The notes: generated from the letters alone by a model not told the origin. A stretch of DNA of 46,920 bases from Gemmatimonadota bacterium (GCA_003697105.1 RFFQ01000090.1:1-46920); one strand, 5' to 3'. Positions 9,540 through 20,800 are shown, counted from the stretch's first letter. Made by a program: numbers and translations.

Positions 9540-10109
9540 CTACAACAACGCTTTGATGGCTTCCAGAACTTCATCATAATTGGGTTCTTGGGAAACTTCT
9601 TTCACCAGTTGAATATATCGAATGGTGCCATCTGGATCGATAACGAACACGGTCCGGGCTAACAAGCGCATCTCTTTAATCAATACCCCGTATGCTTCGC
9701 CAAATGCGGCATCCCGATGATCGGAGAGAGTCGTTAGCCGATCCACTCCTTCCGCACCGCACCAGCGTTTTTGGGCAAACGGCAAATCCATACTGATGGT
9801 TAAAATCTCAACCTCATCAAATTCGGTTGCCATTTCATTAAACCGGTGCGTTTCGCGGCTACAAACCGGTGTATCCAGCGAAGGTACCGCGGAAATAACA
9901 ACGATTTTACCTTTAAAATCCGACAAATGAACCGGTTGCAAGTGGATATCGATTGCCGTAAAATCCGGGGCTTTATCGCCGACATTTACCGGTGTTCCCG
10001 TCAAGGTCACTGGATTTCCTTTCATCGTGACCAAGCCGGGGCGATCTTCTGCCTGACTCATACCACTGACCATCAGTAAAGTGATCAGAACGGGTATAAA
10101 CCGCTTCAT
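9540..10109 (-). CDS. tpx: Thiol peroxidase (Tpx), copy with signal peptide
   Basis: ATG 10109 behind GGAGGT; MKRFIPVLITLLMVSGMSQA leader; VPSLDTPVC, ISMDLPFAQKRWCG. Confidence 0.9.
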   Translation of the reverse strand: MKRFIPVLITLLMVSGMSQAEDRPGLVTMKGNPVTLTGTPVNVGDKAPDFTAIDIHLQPVHLSDFKGKIVVISAVPSLDTPVCSRETHRFNEMATEFDEVEILTISMDLPFAQKRWCGAEGVDRLTTLSDHRDAAFGEAYGVLIKEMRLLARTVFVIDPDGTIRYIQLVKEVSQEPNYDEVLEAIKALL

Positions 10110-10129
10110 CCTGGAACCTCCATTTCCCA

Positions 10130-10645
10130 TTAGAGTACGCTTTTAACAGCGGCAATAACGTCATCGTAATTGGGTTCTTCAGCAACTTCTTTGACCAGTT
10201 GGATGTACCGAACAATACCCTCTTTGTCCACAACGAAAACACAACGGGCAAGCAGGCGTAATTCTTTGATTAGCACCCCAAAGGCTTCCCCAAAAGCGGC
10301 ATCTTTATAGTCGGACAAGGTTTGGACGTTCTCGATACCGGCGGCGCCACACCAGCGCTTTTGCGCGAAAGGTAAATCCATGCTGATGGTGAGCACCACC
10401 ACGTCATCGCCGAGAGATGTGGCATATTCATTAAATTTACGGGTTTCGGCATCGCAGACCGGGGTATCCAGTGACGGCACCGCGGAGATAATTATTGTTT
10501 TGCCTTTAAAACTCGATAAGTCAACGGGTTGTAGCCCATTATCCAGGACGGTCACCGCCGGAATCGTATCCCCTACTTTGATTTCATTACCGGTTAGCGT
10601 CAGCGGGTTGCCTTTCATAGTTACTGCTGCAGGACGATTACTCAT
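10130..10645 (-). CDS. tpx: Thiol peroxidase (Tpx), cytoplasmic copy
   Basis: VPSLDTPVC, ISMDLPFAQKRWCG, EPNYD; GGAGG RBS; no leader peptide. Confidence 0.93.
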   Translation of the reverse strand: MSNRPAAVTMKGNPLTLTGNEIKVGDTIPAVTVLDNGLQPVDLSSFKGKTIIISAVPSLDTPVCDAETRKFNEYATSLGDDVVVLTISMDLPFAQKRWCGAAGIENVQTLSDYKDAAFGEAFGVLIKELRLLARCVFVVDKEGIVRYIQLVKEVAEEPNYDDVIAAVKSVL

Positions 10646-10889
10646 TGGATTAGCCCTCCAATTGGAAATAGTATTTAAAAAAACGTTAATAGATGAATTA
10701 GTTAGTGCGTGGTTTATAAATAGGCAAACGGTACACCTAAGTCAAGATTTAAACCATCACGAAACCATAACATTTGCGATAATATCGGCCATTACTCACT
10801 TGGTAAAAAAATTGCGACAGTCTGGGCGAGGAGAAACCTACAAAAATGGATATTAATTTCTTTGCCGTTTATTGATGAGGGTTTGGTAT

Positions 10890-11900
10890 ATGAACAGACG
10901 GATTTTTCTTTTGGTGATTATCGTGTTGGGTGGTGGTATGATGGGTATTTTTGCCTACATTGCGGGGGGAATTGCGCAGACAGTATCCTATAGTGCTCAC
11001 GCTGGACCATATCCGGTAGAAGTACTGTTGCAAGAGTGGTATGATGCCAAACGGGATCGCATGATACCCGTAAAGATTTATTATCCGGATGGTGATCAAT
11101 CCTTTCCGGTTATTATTTTTTCGCATGGTTTAGGAGGATCACGCCGGGGCTACCAGTACTTAGGCGAACATTGGGCAAGTCATGGCTTTGTGAGTGTCCA
11201 TATCCAGCATCCGGGGAGCGATGAAGCTTTACTGGAAAATCCAGTAATGGCACGCACGAAGGCACGTAAGGCGGCAAAAGACCCTCAAAATTTAATCAAT
11301 CGACCTAAAGATGTCCATTTTGCAATTGATGAACTCCTGCAACGAAACCGCAATGAAGAGTCCTATTTGTACGGGCATATCGACCCAGACCGGATCGGCG
11401 TTGCGGGGCACTCATTCGGGGCATATACCGCGCTGGTGACTGCCGGACGCACCTTTACGGACAAACAAGGGCATACCATTGACCTAAGTGACCCCCGCGT
11501 TAAAGCGTGCTTGGCGATGAGTCCACCTGCCCGAACATTGAAAGAAGACCGCCCCACCTATGCCACGTTTAACCGTCCCTGCTTCCACATGACGGGTACT
11601 CGTGATGATAGCCCTATCGGGAAGACAACAGCGGCACAACGCCGCATCCCATTCGATGCGATTTCTGCCCCCGACCAGTATTTAGTCACGTTTACGGATG
11701 GTGACCATCAGATTTTTTCCGGACGGGTAACGATTCGGAATCCGGCAGATCGGAAAGACCCGATTTTTCAATCGTATATCAAAATGGCATCCACGGCGTT
11801 TTGGGATGCCTATCTGAATCAAAATGAGCATGCCAAGCAGTGGTTACAAGGCTCATTTCAAAAAATTTTGGGCGCTGATGGCGTTTTTGAGCAAAAATAG
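10890..11900 (+). CDS. Membrane-anchored or secreted alpha/beta hydrolase (dienelactone hydrolase / PAF-acetylhydrolase-like)
   Basis: FSHGLGGS, GHSFG nucleophile elbow, TGTRDD, GDH; N-terminal hydrophobic segment. Confidence 0.82.
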   Translation: MNRRIFLLVIIVLGGGMMGIFAYIAGGIAQTVSYSAHAGPYPVEVLLQEWYDAKRDRMIPVKIYYPDGDQSFPVIIFSHGLGGSRRGYQYLGEHWASHGFVSVHIQHPGSDEALLENPVMARTKARKAAKDPQNLINRPKDVHFAIDELLQRNRNEESYLYGHIDPDRIGVAGHSFGAYTALVTAGRTFTDKQGHTIDLSDPRVKACLAMSPPARTLKEDRPTYATFNRPCFHMTGTRDDSPIGKTTAAQRRIPFDAISAPDQYLVTFTDGDHQIFSGRVTIRNPADRKDPIFQSYIKMASTAFWDAYLNQNEHAKQWLQGSFQKILGADGVFEQK

Positions 11901-12010
11901 GTGTTTTTTACTTGTCAAAATGCTTCGTTTCTTCTATTATTACATGGTGTGGTGGTATTAGCTAATAACATTAGTTTTTTCAGCATCTTAAATAAATTAA
12001 GGAGGGAACG

Positions 12011-12670
12011 ATGCGTTATTATATTTTAACTGCTAGTTTTATATTGGGGCTGGTTATCAGCTTGGTCGCTTGTTCACCCCAGCAGAACACGAACCAAGCG
12101 GAACACTCTGAGGCGACTCAGACCGCCGCGGAAACAGCGAATGAAACCACCGCCGCCGTGGAAGAGACCCCAGAAGAAGCGATGGCACATAGTTATGCCA
12201 TTAATGTGGATGAGGAAGGACGAGCATTGCATGGCTATGACCCCGTTGCATACTTTACCAATGGTGAACCCCAAGCCGGTGACCTGCAATTCACTGCCAC
12301 TTGGAATGGCGCAACGTGGTATTTTGTTAATGCCGAAAATCGAGATGCCTTCCTTGAAAACCCAGAAAAATATGCGCCGGCGAATGGAGGTTATTGCACC
12401 TTTGGGGTAGTCCTCGGAAAAAAATTTGATGGAGACCCCAATGTGTGGTCAATTTACAATGAAGACCTATTTGTATTTTTGAACGAAGAGGTAAAAGAGA
12501 AGTTTTTGCAGGACGTTGAAGGCAATATGGCGAAGGTTCAAGACAATTGGACATCTATTATGGATAAATCCCCGGAGGAATTAGCCGAAGAACCCGCCGA
12601 AGAAGGGGATGCCGCAAATGCGGTCGACCAAAATGAAGCCGAAGAAGAGACACCTGCAGAGACAGAATAA
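12011..12670 (+). CDS. YHS-domain lipoprotein (Cys form of the YHS (seleno)protein family)
   Basis: Lipobox LVAC; GYDPVAYF, ATWYFVNAENRDAFLENPEKYAPANGGYC; acidic low-complexity flanks; GGAGG RBS. Confidence 0.82.
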   Translation: MRYYILTASFILGLVISLVACSPQQNTNQAEHSEATQTAAETANETTAAVEETPEEAMAHSYAINVDEEGRALHGYDPVAYFTNGEPQAGDLQFTATWNGATWYFVNAENRDAFLENPEKYAPANGGYCTFGVVLGKKFDGDPNVWSIYNEDLFVFLNEEVKEKFLQDVEGNMAKVQDNWTSIMDKSPEELAEEPAEEGDAANAVDQNEAEEETPAETE

Positions 12671-12702
12671 ATGGATATAACATCATAAATGGATATAACA
12701 TC
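12667..12702 (+). repeat. Perfect 18-bp tandem duplication ATAAATGGATATAACATC x2
   Basis: Copies at 12667-12684 and 12685-12702, starting at the end of the YHS gene and including its TAA. Confidence 0.9.
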
Positions 12703-12763
12703 CTGACCCCCCAATAGTGCTGTACCAGCATACCTGATACAGCGCTATTTTTTATAGCCTCCA

Positions 12764-15409
12764 ATGTATGGTTTTATGAAACGTCCACACCTGAAATTAA
12801 CCTACCAGTTTTCGCTATTAGCCGGAATTACACTGTTCATTATGCTGGGGCTTGCCGTGCTCAATGTCCAAGATCGGATCAAAATAAACGCAATTCTACA
12901 CGAGCAAGACCAACTCTTCCGCATTAAAAAACAGTTAGCTGATATTGAACGGGAAACCCTCCGGGCACGGATTGATGAAACCCAATTGGTCAATACGGCG
13001 AACCCGCGCTATTTCCAAAGTTTTCAGAATCGATTAAATTATGTTCAAAAAACTTCAACCCAGTTGGCGGATACCATCCATGATGATGACCTTCATTCTG
13101 ATATTGAGCGGACGTTAAAAGTTCTTGCCACATATCAAAAATCGGTATCCATTACGTATGATGTACAGCGCCGGATCGGATTGATCGATACGGTTGGGAT
13201 TATTCCCAAACTCCAACATCTTGACCGGGAAATTACGCAGAAACTGGATCAAGCGAATCTCCCAGAGTTACGCACGGCATATACCCGGATACAACTGTCT
13301 GAAAAGGATTTTATCAATACCCTAAACATGAAATTGGCAGATGAGGTTTTAGAGCAGTTAACCGTATTGAAACAGCGCGTCCGCACAAGCTCTCTACCCG
13401 TGGCGCTTCGCCAATCCCTATGGGATGAACTCCACCAATACGAAACCACCGTACAGAAAATGGTGCATGGCGTAGTGGAACTCGAATTGGCAACCGCCGA
13501 GAATAGTTTGCAATTTGATCGGATTTCCCCCATAATTGCCAAAAGCCAGATGAAGATTGATCGCTTAATCAATCAAACAGCAGACCGGCTCATTCAACAA
13601 CGGCACCGCTCTGTTTATCAAACGATAACGATTTTTGCCGTGACATTCGCGGTGCTGTCTCTGTTTCTTATTTTTCAAATTCGGAGTGCCCAGCAATTGG
13701 TTAAACGACTGAAACATTTAGCCAGAGGAATGCAGGAAGTGGGCGCCGGAAATTATGAGCAGATTCAGGAACTTCCCCAAGGAAATGATGAAATTGGACT
13801 TTTAACCCAAACGTTTCGTCAAATGTCGGAACAAATTCAGGCACAGATCGACACGATCGAGCAGGAACGGCAGAATGCTGAAATCGCGAACCGTGCCAAA
13901 TCTGCCTTTTTGGCAAATATGAGCCATGAAATTCGGACGCCCATGAACGGTGTGATTGGCATGACCAGCCTTCTGCTAGAGACGGAATTAACAGCAGAGC
14001 AATATGATTATGTAAATACAATTCGGATCAGTGGGGAAAGCCTTTTGACGATCATCAATGATATTTTAGATTTTTCCAAAATTGAATCCGGGCATATGGC
14101 GTTGGAAGAGTACCCGTTTGAATTGCGAAATTGCGTGGAAGAAGCATTAGAACTGCTTTCGTTTAAAGCGGCAGAAAAGCAGATCGATTTGCTCTATCTA
14201 ATTGAAAACAACGTTCCCCCATTTATCAAAGCGGATATTACCCGTCTTCGCCAAATCCTCGTTAATCTGTTGGGAAATGCAGTCAAATTTACGGAAAAAG
14301 GCGAGGTACTGGTCACGGTGACATTGGTGGAATACCGGCAAAACCTTGCCGAAATCCAGTTTTCGGTGAAAGACACCGGGATTGGTATTCCAGAAGAAGG
14401 AAAAGCAAAATTATTCCGCGATTTTTCACAGGTGGATGCATCGACCACACGAAAATATGGCGGTACCGGACTGGGGCTTGCCATTAGCAAGCGGCTTGTC
14501 GAACTCATGGGAGGTCGAATTTGGGTCGAAAGTGAGGTGGGTGTGGGTTCAACCTTTTCGTTTACCATCCAAGTCCCCGTCGCCAAAGGACAACCCCGCA
14601 AGTACCTGAATCAATATGTACCAGAACTGAAAAATTTCCGCCTTTTGATTGTGGATGATAATGAAACGAATCGCCGGATTCTACGAGATCAATGCCTCCA
14701 TTGGGGTCTGATCCCCGAGCTGGCGGCTTCTGGCGCCGAAGCGCTCCACCGGTTGAAAACCGACCCACCGTATGACCTCGCGATTTTAGATATGCAGATG
14801 CCCGAAATGGACGGAATCCAGCTCGCTCAGGCGATTAAAGCCATGAAACTGGAAAAATCACTGCCGTTGATTATGCTCAGTTCGGTCGGTAAACCCGACC
14901 ACGCAGCAGATTTATTTGAACATTGCTTATCGAAACCGGTTCGCCAATCAACCTTGTTTGATATTCTGATAACCGTTTGTAGCAAACATCAAGTTCCCCA
15001 ACGGCAAGTATATGCGAAACAGCAAACGGACATTTCACCTGCAAACACACAGATTAAAATTTTGGTGGCAGAAGACAACACGGTCAACCAAAAAATTGCT
15101 CTGAAAACGCTGGCGAAACTTGGGTATTCTGCCGATATTGCTGCCAATGGATTAGAGGTGATCGATGCCTTAAAAAGACAGCCGTATCACCTTGTTTTTA
15201 TGGATGTTCAGATGCCGGAAATGGATGGATTAGCCGCCACCCGCCATATTATTGCCGAATGGGCTGAAAATCGGCCCAAAATTATCGCCATGACCGCCAA
15301 TGCCATGAAAGAAGATCAAGAAGAATGCTTGAAAGCCGGTATGGATGACTATATCAGTAAGCCCTTTTCCATCCAAGCCTTAAAAGATATTATTCAAAAA
15401 TGGAGTTGA
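12764..15409 (+). CDS. Hybrid sensor histidine kinase (2 TM, helical sensor, HAMP, HisKA, HATPase, two receiver domains)
   Basis: [16 protein letters not shown]-box; N/G/F boxes; receivers LIVDDN...LDMQMP and LVAEDN...MDVQMP. Confidence 0.93.
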   Translation: MYGFMKRPHLKLTYQFSLLAGITLFIMLGLAVLNVQDRIKINAILHEQDQLFRIKKQLADIERETLRARIDETQLVNTANPRYFQSFQNRLNYVQKTSTQLADTIHDDDLHSDIERTLKVLATYQKSVSITYDVQRRIGLIDTVGIIPKLQHLDREITQKLDQANLPELRTAYTRIQLSEKDFINTLNMKLADEVLEQLTVLKQRVRTSSLPVALRQSLWDELHQYETTVQKMVHGVVELELATAENSLQFDRISPIIAKSQMKIDRLINQTADRLIQQRHRSVYQTITIFAVTFAVLSLFLIFQIRSAQQLVKRLKHLARGMQEVGAGNYEQIQELPQGNDEIGLLTQTFRQMSEQIQAQIDTIEQERQNAEIANRAKSAFLANMSHEIRTPMNGVIGMTSLLLETELTAEQYDYVNTIRISGESLLTIINDILDFSKIESGHMALEEYPFELRNCVEEALELLSFKAAEKQIDLLYLIENNVPPFIKADITRLRQILVNLLGNAVKFTEKGEVLVTVTLVEYRQNLAEIQFSVKDTGIGIPEEGKAKLFRDFSQVDASTTRKYGGTGLGLAISKRLVELMGGRIWVESEVGVGSTFSFTIQVPVAKGQPRKYLNQYVPELKNFRLLIVDDNETNRRILRDQCLHWGLIPELAASGAEALHRLKTDPPYDLAILDMQMPEMDGIQLAQAIKAMKLEKSLPLIMLSSVGKPDHAADLFEHCLSKPVRQSTLFDILITVCSKHQVPQRQVYAKQQTDISPANTQIKILVAEDNTVNQKIALKTLAKLGYSADIAANGLEVIDALKRQPYHLVFMDVQMPEMDGLAATRHIIAEWAENRPKIIAMTANAMKEDQEECLKAGMDDYISKPFSIQALKDIIQKWS

Positions 15410-15506
15410 TCAAATATGGATTATGTGCTAAACTCCGGCTACTCCATTTTTAGTTTAAGCATAAACGTTGAGCCAAATTCTTAACTTTTTTGGAAGGGAG
15501 GCTTTT

Positions 15507-16415
15507 ATGTACATGCGAGTGTGCCTTATCAGTTTCATGGTCTTAGTCGTGACGCATTTAGCGGGAGCAAATCCGGTTGCGGACCTCGAAAAAGGGGCAA
15601 CCGAAGGTAATTTGGCGTTAGTCAAACAAGCGTTCTCGGATAGTACTGTTACAGTGCCAGTTGACACCACGTTCAAATATGGACGTACCGCGCTAATGAT
15701 TGCGGCAAATCGGGGACATGCGGATGTGGTTGCCTATCTACTGGATCAGGGTGCCAACATAGAACATACAGACCGGAATGGTGATACCGCCTTGTTGCTG
15801 GCAACGTACCACCCGAAAGTGGTTCAACTACTGATTGAACGAGGAGCCAATATCAATCATCAAAATAATGCGGGGATCACCACCCTGATGAATGCCGCTT
15901 CGTTTGGCAAAGTCCCTACGGTCAAACTCCTGCTCAAAGCGGGTGCGGATACCGAATTAAAAGGAAAAGCGGGTGAAACTGCCTTGATGTTTGCGGAATT
16001 GCAGCAACGGGGCGAAATTATACGTATGCTGAAAGCCGAACAAAAAAAGAAAACCTCCCTGACGACCCCTTCCGTAGATATGTGGCAAGCAGTAAAAGCA
16101 AACAACATTAAACTGGTAAAGAGCGTCTTAGAGAAAGGGTACGATACCAATAAACCCAACGCTCAAGGCGAAACATTGTTGATGGTCGCCGCACAAACCG
16201 GAAATACCGGAATGATTAAACTTTTATTGGAAAACGGCGCCGATCCGTCATTAAAAAATAAAGAAGGGCATACGGCTTATGATTTGGCGCAAACCGCCGG
16301 TCATGAGGATGTTTTGCCGCTCTTAGAAATCAACCAAGATGCCCCAGCAGAGGAAGCAAGCCCTCCGGCTGAAGAGACCTCGGCTGAAGAAACACAAGCT
16401 CCCGCTGGCAAATGA
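15507..16415 (+). CDS. Exported ankyrin-repeat protein
   Basis: ATG 15507 behind GGGAGG; signal peptide; repeated GRTALMIAA / GDTALLLA / GETALMFA / GETLLMVAA motifs; acidic Pro/Ala tail. Confidence 0.88.
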   Translation: MYMRVCLISFMVLVVTHLAGANPVADLEKGATEGNLALVKQAFSDSTVTVPVDTTFKYGRTALMIAANRGHADVVAYLLDQGANIEHTDRNGDTALLLATYHPKVVQLLIERGANINHQNNAGITTLMNAASFGKVPTVKLLLKAGADTELKGKAGETALMFAELQQRGEIIRMLKAEQKKKTSLTTPSVDMWQAVKANNIKLVKSVLEKGYDTNKPNAQGETLLMVAAQTGNTGMIKLLLENGADPSLKNKEGHTAYDLAQTAGHEDVLPLLEINQDAPAEEASPPAEETSAEETQAPAGK

Positions 16416-16993
16416 TAGTTGACGTGATCTTATACGGCAGTATTATTTTGGCGGCGTTTGTTATCGGTTTGGTGGTGTTGGATAAGGTGCGCTCCAAAGG
16501 CATTGACCGCCCCGATTATGGTATCCCGTTAACGGCGAATTCCGCCGAACAGGAGCAAATGCACCGCCTCGTGTTTGAACGGGCAGAGCACAAATGTGAA
16601 TTTTGCGCCGCTCCCTCCAACCGGATTTACCGGATCAACCCACCCAAACACCCGGAGATGTACCACCTAGACGACCTATTAGCGATTTGCGAAGGATGTT
16701 ACCGCAAACTGACCGGGCGAAATGAAAAAAATATCCCGCCGCACTCGTCAATTTTATATGTGCGGCGGGTTTTCGCGCGAAACCGAACCTATTTTTTAGA
16801 TGTGAAGGAAACCCGTCACGGTATGCAATATCTGGTCATTCGTGAAACCAAAAAAGTCAAAGAGAAGTACGAAGAACAAAAAGTGATCGTCTTTGAAGAG
16901 GATTTTGACGCCTTTTTTGAAAATTTGTTCAAAATCATTCCGAAATTGAAGACCAAATTTACCAACGAGGCGCAACAATGGATCGATGGGTAA
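16412..16993 (+). CDS. Membrane-anchored protein: TM, degenerate HNH-like Zn ribbon, and DUF3276/PUR-type nucleic-acid-binding domain
   Basis: TM at aa 3-23; VFERAEHKCEFC...LLAICEGC; RTYFLDVKETRHGMQYLVIRETKK...KVIVFEEDFDAF; ATGA overlap with the ankyrin gene. Confidence 0.7.
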   Translation: MIVDVILYGSIILAAFVIGLVVLDKVRSKGIDRPDYGIPLTANSAEQEQMHRLVFERAEHKCEFCAAPSNRIYRINPPKHPEMYHLDDLLAICEGCYRKLTGRNEKNIPPHSSILYVRRVFARNRTYFLDVKETRHGMQYLVIRETKKVKEKYEEQKVIVFEEDFDAFFENLFKIIPKLKTKFTNEAQQWIDG

Positions 16994-17013
16994 ACACGAT
17001 CCCGCTGGAAACC

Positions 17014-17577
17014 TTAACCTTTCAAATCCAACACAAATTTATTACTTTCCGGGATGCGACCTCGCATCTTTGCTTGTAGTACTTCCAGATAGGTATCAAA
17101 CGCATCGTTGCCGAAGCAGACAAAAATGACCCGTTTGATTTCAGGGTGTGCTTTCAGGAATTCAAACACGATCTGCATGGCAATCCATGTTGCCCGTTCC
17201 AGCGGAAACCCGTAAGCACCCGTACTGATGGCCGGAAAGGCAATACTTTCCACACCGTGCTCCAGCGCCACTTCCAAACTGCGACGATAGGCATTTGCCA
17301 ACAGTTCATCTTCGTTATGATTACCACCTTTCCAGACGGGACCTACGGTATGAATCACGTACCGGGCTTTCAGATTATACCCTTTCGTAATTTTAGCATC
17401 ACCGGTTTTACAACCCCCGAGGGTTTTGCACTCTTCGAGCAATTGGGAACCCGCAGCACGATGAATTGCCCCATCGACACCACCACCCCCAAGCAGACTT
17501 TCATTGGCGGCATTGACGATGGCATCCACATTTTGCAACGTGATGTCCCCTTGTGTAATTGAGATTCGATCCAACAT
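17014..17577 (-). CDS. ymdB: Macro-domain O-acetyl-ADP-ribose deacetylase (YmdB/MacroD type)
   Basis: GDIT, NAANESLLGGGGVDGAIHRAAG, VIHTVGP, FPAISTGAYGFP; ATG 17577 behind GGAGGA. Confidence 0.9.
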   Translation of the reverse strand: MLDRISITQGDITLQNVDAIVNAANESLLGGGGVDGAIHRAAGSQLLEECKTLGGCKTGDAKITKGYNLKARYVIHTVGPVWKGGNHNEDELLANAYRRSLEVALEHGVESIAFPAISTGAYGFPLERATWIAMQIVFEFLKAHPEIKRVIFVCFGNDAFDTYLEVLQAKMRGRIPESNKFVLDLKG

Positions 17578-17633
17578 AATGTCCTCCACGTTAATAGATA
17601 AATGGGTGAGAAGCCTTTACATCGTAACAGCTT

Positions 17634-17662
17634 ACTGTAGCAGAATTGGAAGGCACTGTCAA
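17634..17662 (-). promoter_or_regulatory. Sigma70-type promoter for the macro-domain gene
   Basis: TTGACA (17662-17657), 17 bp spacer, TACAGT (17639-17634) with TG extension. Confidence 0.6.
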
Positions 17663-17745
17663 TCTCAAAAACCCCAAAATTGGGAGGCAGGTCTCGCAGC
17701 TTGAAACCGGTACGGTGCACGTTCCAACCGGATTTTTATTTACGC

Positions 17746-17774
17746 TTGACAATCCACCTGGCACATATTAGACT
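17746..17774 (+). promoter_or_regulatory. Sigma70-type promoter for the large BNR-repeat gene
   Basis: TTGACA (17746-17751), 17 bp spacer, TAGACT (17769-17774). Confidence 0.65.
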
Positions 17775-17899
17775 GCAAAATCCCCTCCCACGTGAATTTA
17801 ATCCCCGATCCCCGTTCAGTACCTTCACCAGAAAAAGGATTTTATACCGCAAATTTGGCGTACCTATTACCTTTCACTATTGGTTTAAAGGAGTCTCCC

Positions 17900-20800
17900 A
17901 TGCCTGCAAAATTGAACATCTTTATTGTGTTTCTAATCACCGCGTTTCTCATTGAACTGTTCCCACCAAATCTGATCGCTCAACAGCGCGTGGATTGGGA
18001 AGCGTTCCCCGATTACATCAAAGAGCGGAATTCATTCCAACGGATTAAGCACTTTTACCAGCAACGGGAATTTCTGGACGGTACGCTTCCGTTGAATACC
18101 TACTGGGAAGCCCGAGACGCCGAAGTCCGGCGCTGGGGTGACGGCGGCAACCTGCGTACGCTGGATTGGGAAGCGGTCGGTCCAGCCGGAATCATCTCCA
18201 CCTGGCCCCCCCAGTGGGGGGTAAATAGTGGGCGTTGCCGGGGATTAGCCGTGCACCCATTTGACCCCAACATCGCCTATATTGGCGCCGCTGCCGGGGG
18301 TATCTGGCGCACCACCGATGGCGGTGAAAGCTGGGAAGACATCGGTTATAGCCTTGAATCCCTGACGTTTGGCGCGATTGCCATCGATCCGGTCGAACCA
18401 AATATTATCTATGCCGGTACGGGTGAAGTCGCCGCGTTTAGCAACAGCACCTTATTTGACGGGCGCGGGATGTTTAAGTCCACCGATGGCGGTGATAGTT
18501 GGGAACATATTGACGCCTTTGGCACCCAAACCCATTTTGGGGATATAGCCGTTTCACCACATGATAATTCCGTTGTCTTGGCAGTGTTGGGCAGTGGTTA
18601 CGCCCGGCTGGGTGACCTACCCAATGAGGGACTGTGGCGAAGTGAAGATGGCGGTGAAACGTGGGATCAGGTGATTGCCGAGGGCAATGGGTTCGATCTA
18701 CTCTGGCATCCGGCGTATGAAGGCGTCGTATATGCCACGGTGGGAAGTCGATTCTATTATTCAGATGATTTTGGCCAAAGCTGGACCCGCCGGACAACGG
18801 GCATGGCAAGCGGTAGCCGCATTCAAATTGACCTCCATTATACCGAAGACGTGACCACGATTTATGCGGTATTGTACAACGGTAGTACGCTCGCCTTCAA
18901 ATCAACAGATGAAGGTGAGAACTGGACTCAGATTTCCGAAGGCGTCCCCTTGGGTGGAAATTATGGTGGTGGATGGTTTGATCAAGGGTGGTACGACCTC
19001 TCCATTGGGGTTGACCCTTCAAATCCCGATCATGTTTTGATCGGCAATGTGGAGATTCACCGTACCATCGATGGCGAAAACTTCAGCCCCGTCCGTACCG
19101 GCGGTCAGAGTAGCGCGTGGGACAGCCCCATGCACGTGGATTATCACAAAATTGTCTTTTCACCCTCGAATCCCAATGTGATCTATGTGGGTTCGGATGG
19201 CGGCGTTTTTCGGAGTACGGATGGGGGCACGACGTGGCACCATCGCAACAACGGCATCAATACCGTTCAATATTACCGGATGGCATCTCATCCTACCGAT
19301 CCCTTGTTTATGATCGGGGGGGCACAAGATAACGGTAATTACCGCACCTTGGATGGTGGCGCTACGCCTTGGGGACTGGTAACTACCGGCGATGGGATGG
19401 AGTGCTTTATCGATCATACCGAGCCAAATTGGGTTTATATGGCAACGCAAAACGGCAATTTAATGCGGAGTTCCCAAGGCGGCGCATTTTCCTCGTTTCA
19501 AAATATCAGTATTGGCAATGGCGCTTGGACGGCACCTTACTTTATGCACCCGACGGTCAATACGACTATCTACTCCGCGACAAACCGCCCCTATGTCTCG
19601 TATGATCGGGGCGATACATGGCAACCCATGGGCGACCTGACCCTCGGCACAGTGACCGCCTTTGCCCAATCTCGCGCGAACCCCAATCATCTGATGGTTG
19701 GAAATGCCACCAGCGTTTTTCTGACCACCGATCATGGCGAAACGTGGTCGAATAATCTGGTTAACCGACCGGGACTCCCCGATAACAGCCAAGTTTCCCG
19801 GCTATTTTTACATCCGGTGGAAGAAAACACCCTGTTCATTGTCTATTCCAGCTTTGCCGAGGGGGAAAAGCTCTTCCGCAGTACCGATCTCGGGGTCACA
19901 TGGGAAAATGTCAGCGGGGATTTGCCCAATGTGCCGGCAAATGACGTGTTTATCCCGTACAATAATCCGTTGGTCTGGTTTGTTGCCAATGATTTAGGGG
20001 TGTACACCTCCGAAGATTCCGGACAAACATGGGTCCGGGAGACCGGTCTTCCATACGTTCCTGCCATTGATTTTGACTATTTTTCACATGAAACCACCCA
20101 CCTGATCCGCATTGGCACGCACGGCCGGGGCGCATTTCAGGCGGAATTACCGATCCCCAGCGGTATTGTCCGCGGTACGGTTGTGGACGAAAGCGGTGAA
20201 CCCATCTCCGGCGTACGGATTCAATCGGCTGGAACATTTGATTATTTCCAAACCACAACGGATGATCAAGGGTTTTACGAACTGCCGCAAGTGCTGGAAG
20301 GCACATATACCCTGACCGCCAGCAAATTTGCCTACGCCGATGCTGTCAGTGAGGAATTTACGATCACAGTGGATGAGGAAGTGATCATCGATTTTGAAAT
20401 GTCCCTGCTACCCACCGGCACACTCAACGGCTCGGTCATAGAAGCATACACCGCTACCCCCCAACCTCTCAGCGGTGTAGAAGTCGCAGTGGTAGGCACG
20501 CCGCTGATTCCGGTATTGACCGGCGATGATGGGCAGTACCAGATCACCAATATCCCCATTGGAGAGTACACCGTCCAAGCCATCAACTATGATTATCTCT
20601 CCGAACAATATCATTTTACCATGACCGCCGGCGCTGAGGTCACCCGGGACTTTGAACTGATCCCGATCTATAGTTTTGAAGAAGGTCCCGGTGAATATCA
20701 GGTTGATGGGCTGTGGGAATGGGGGCAACCCCAATCCAGCGGTGGGCCCGACTACGCCTATCATGGGGATAACCTTTTCGGTACGGATTTGGACGGGATG

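Noticed and set aside
17014-17577. Macro domain as the antitoxin of a DarTG-type or TIR-linked system
   Set aside because: It is a typical stand-alone YmdB/MacroD with its own promoter; no ADP-ribosyltransferase is adjacent, and a large unrelated gene separates it from the TIR gene.
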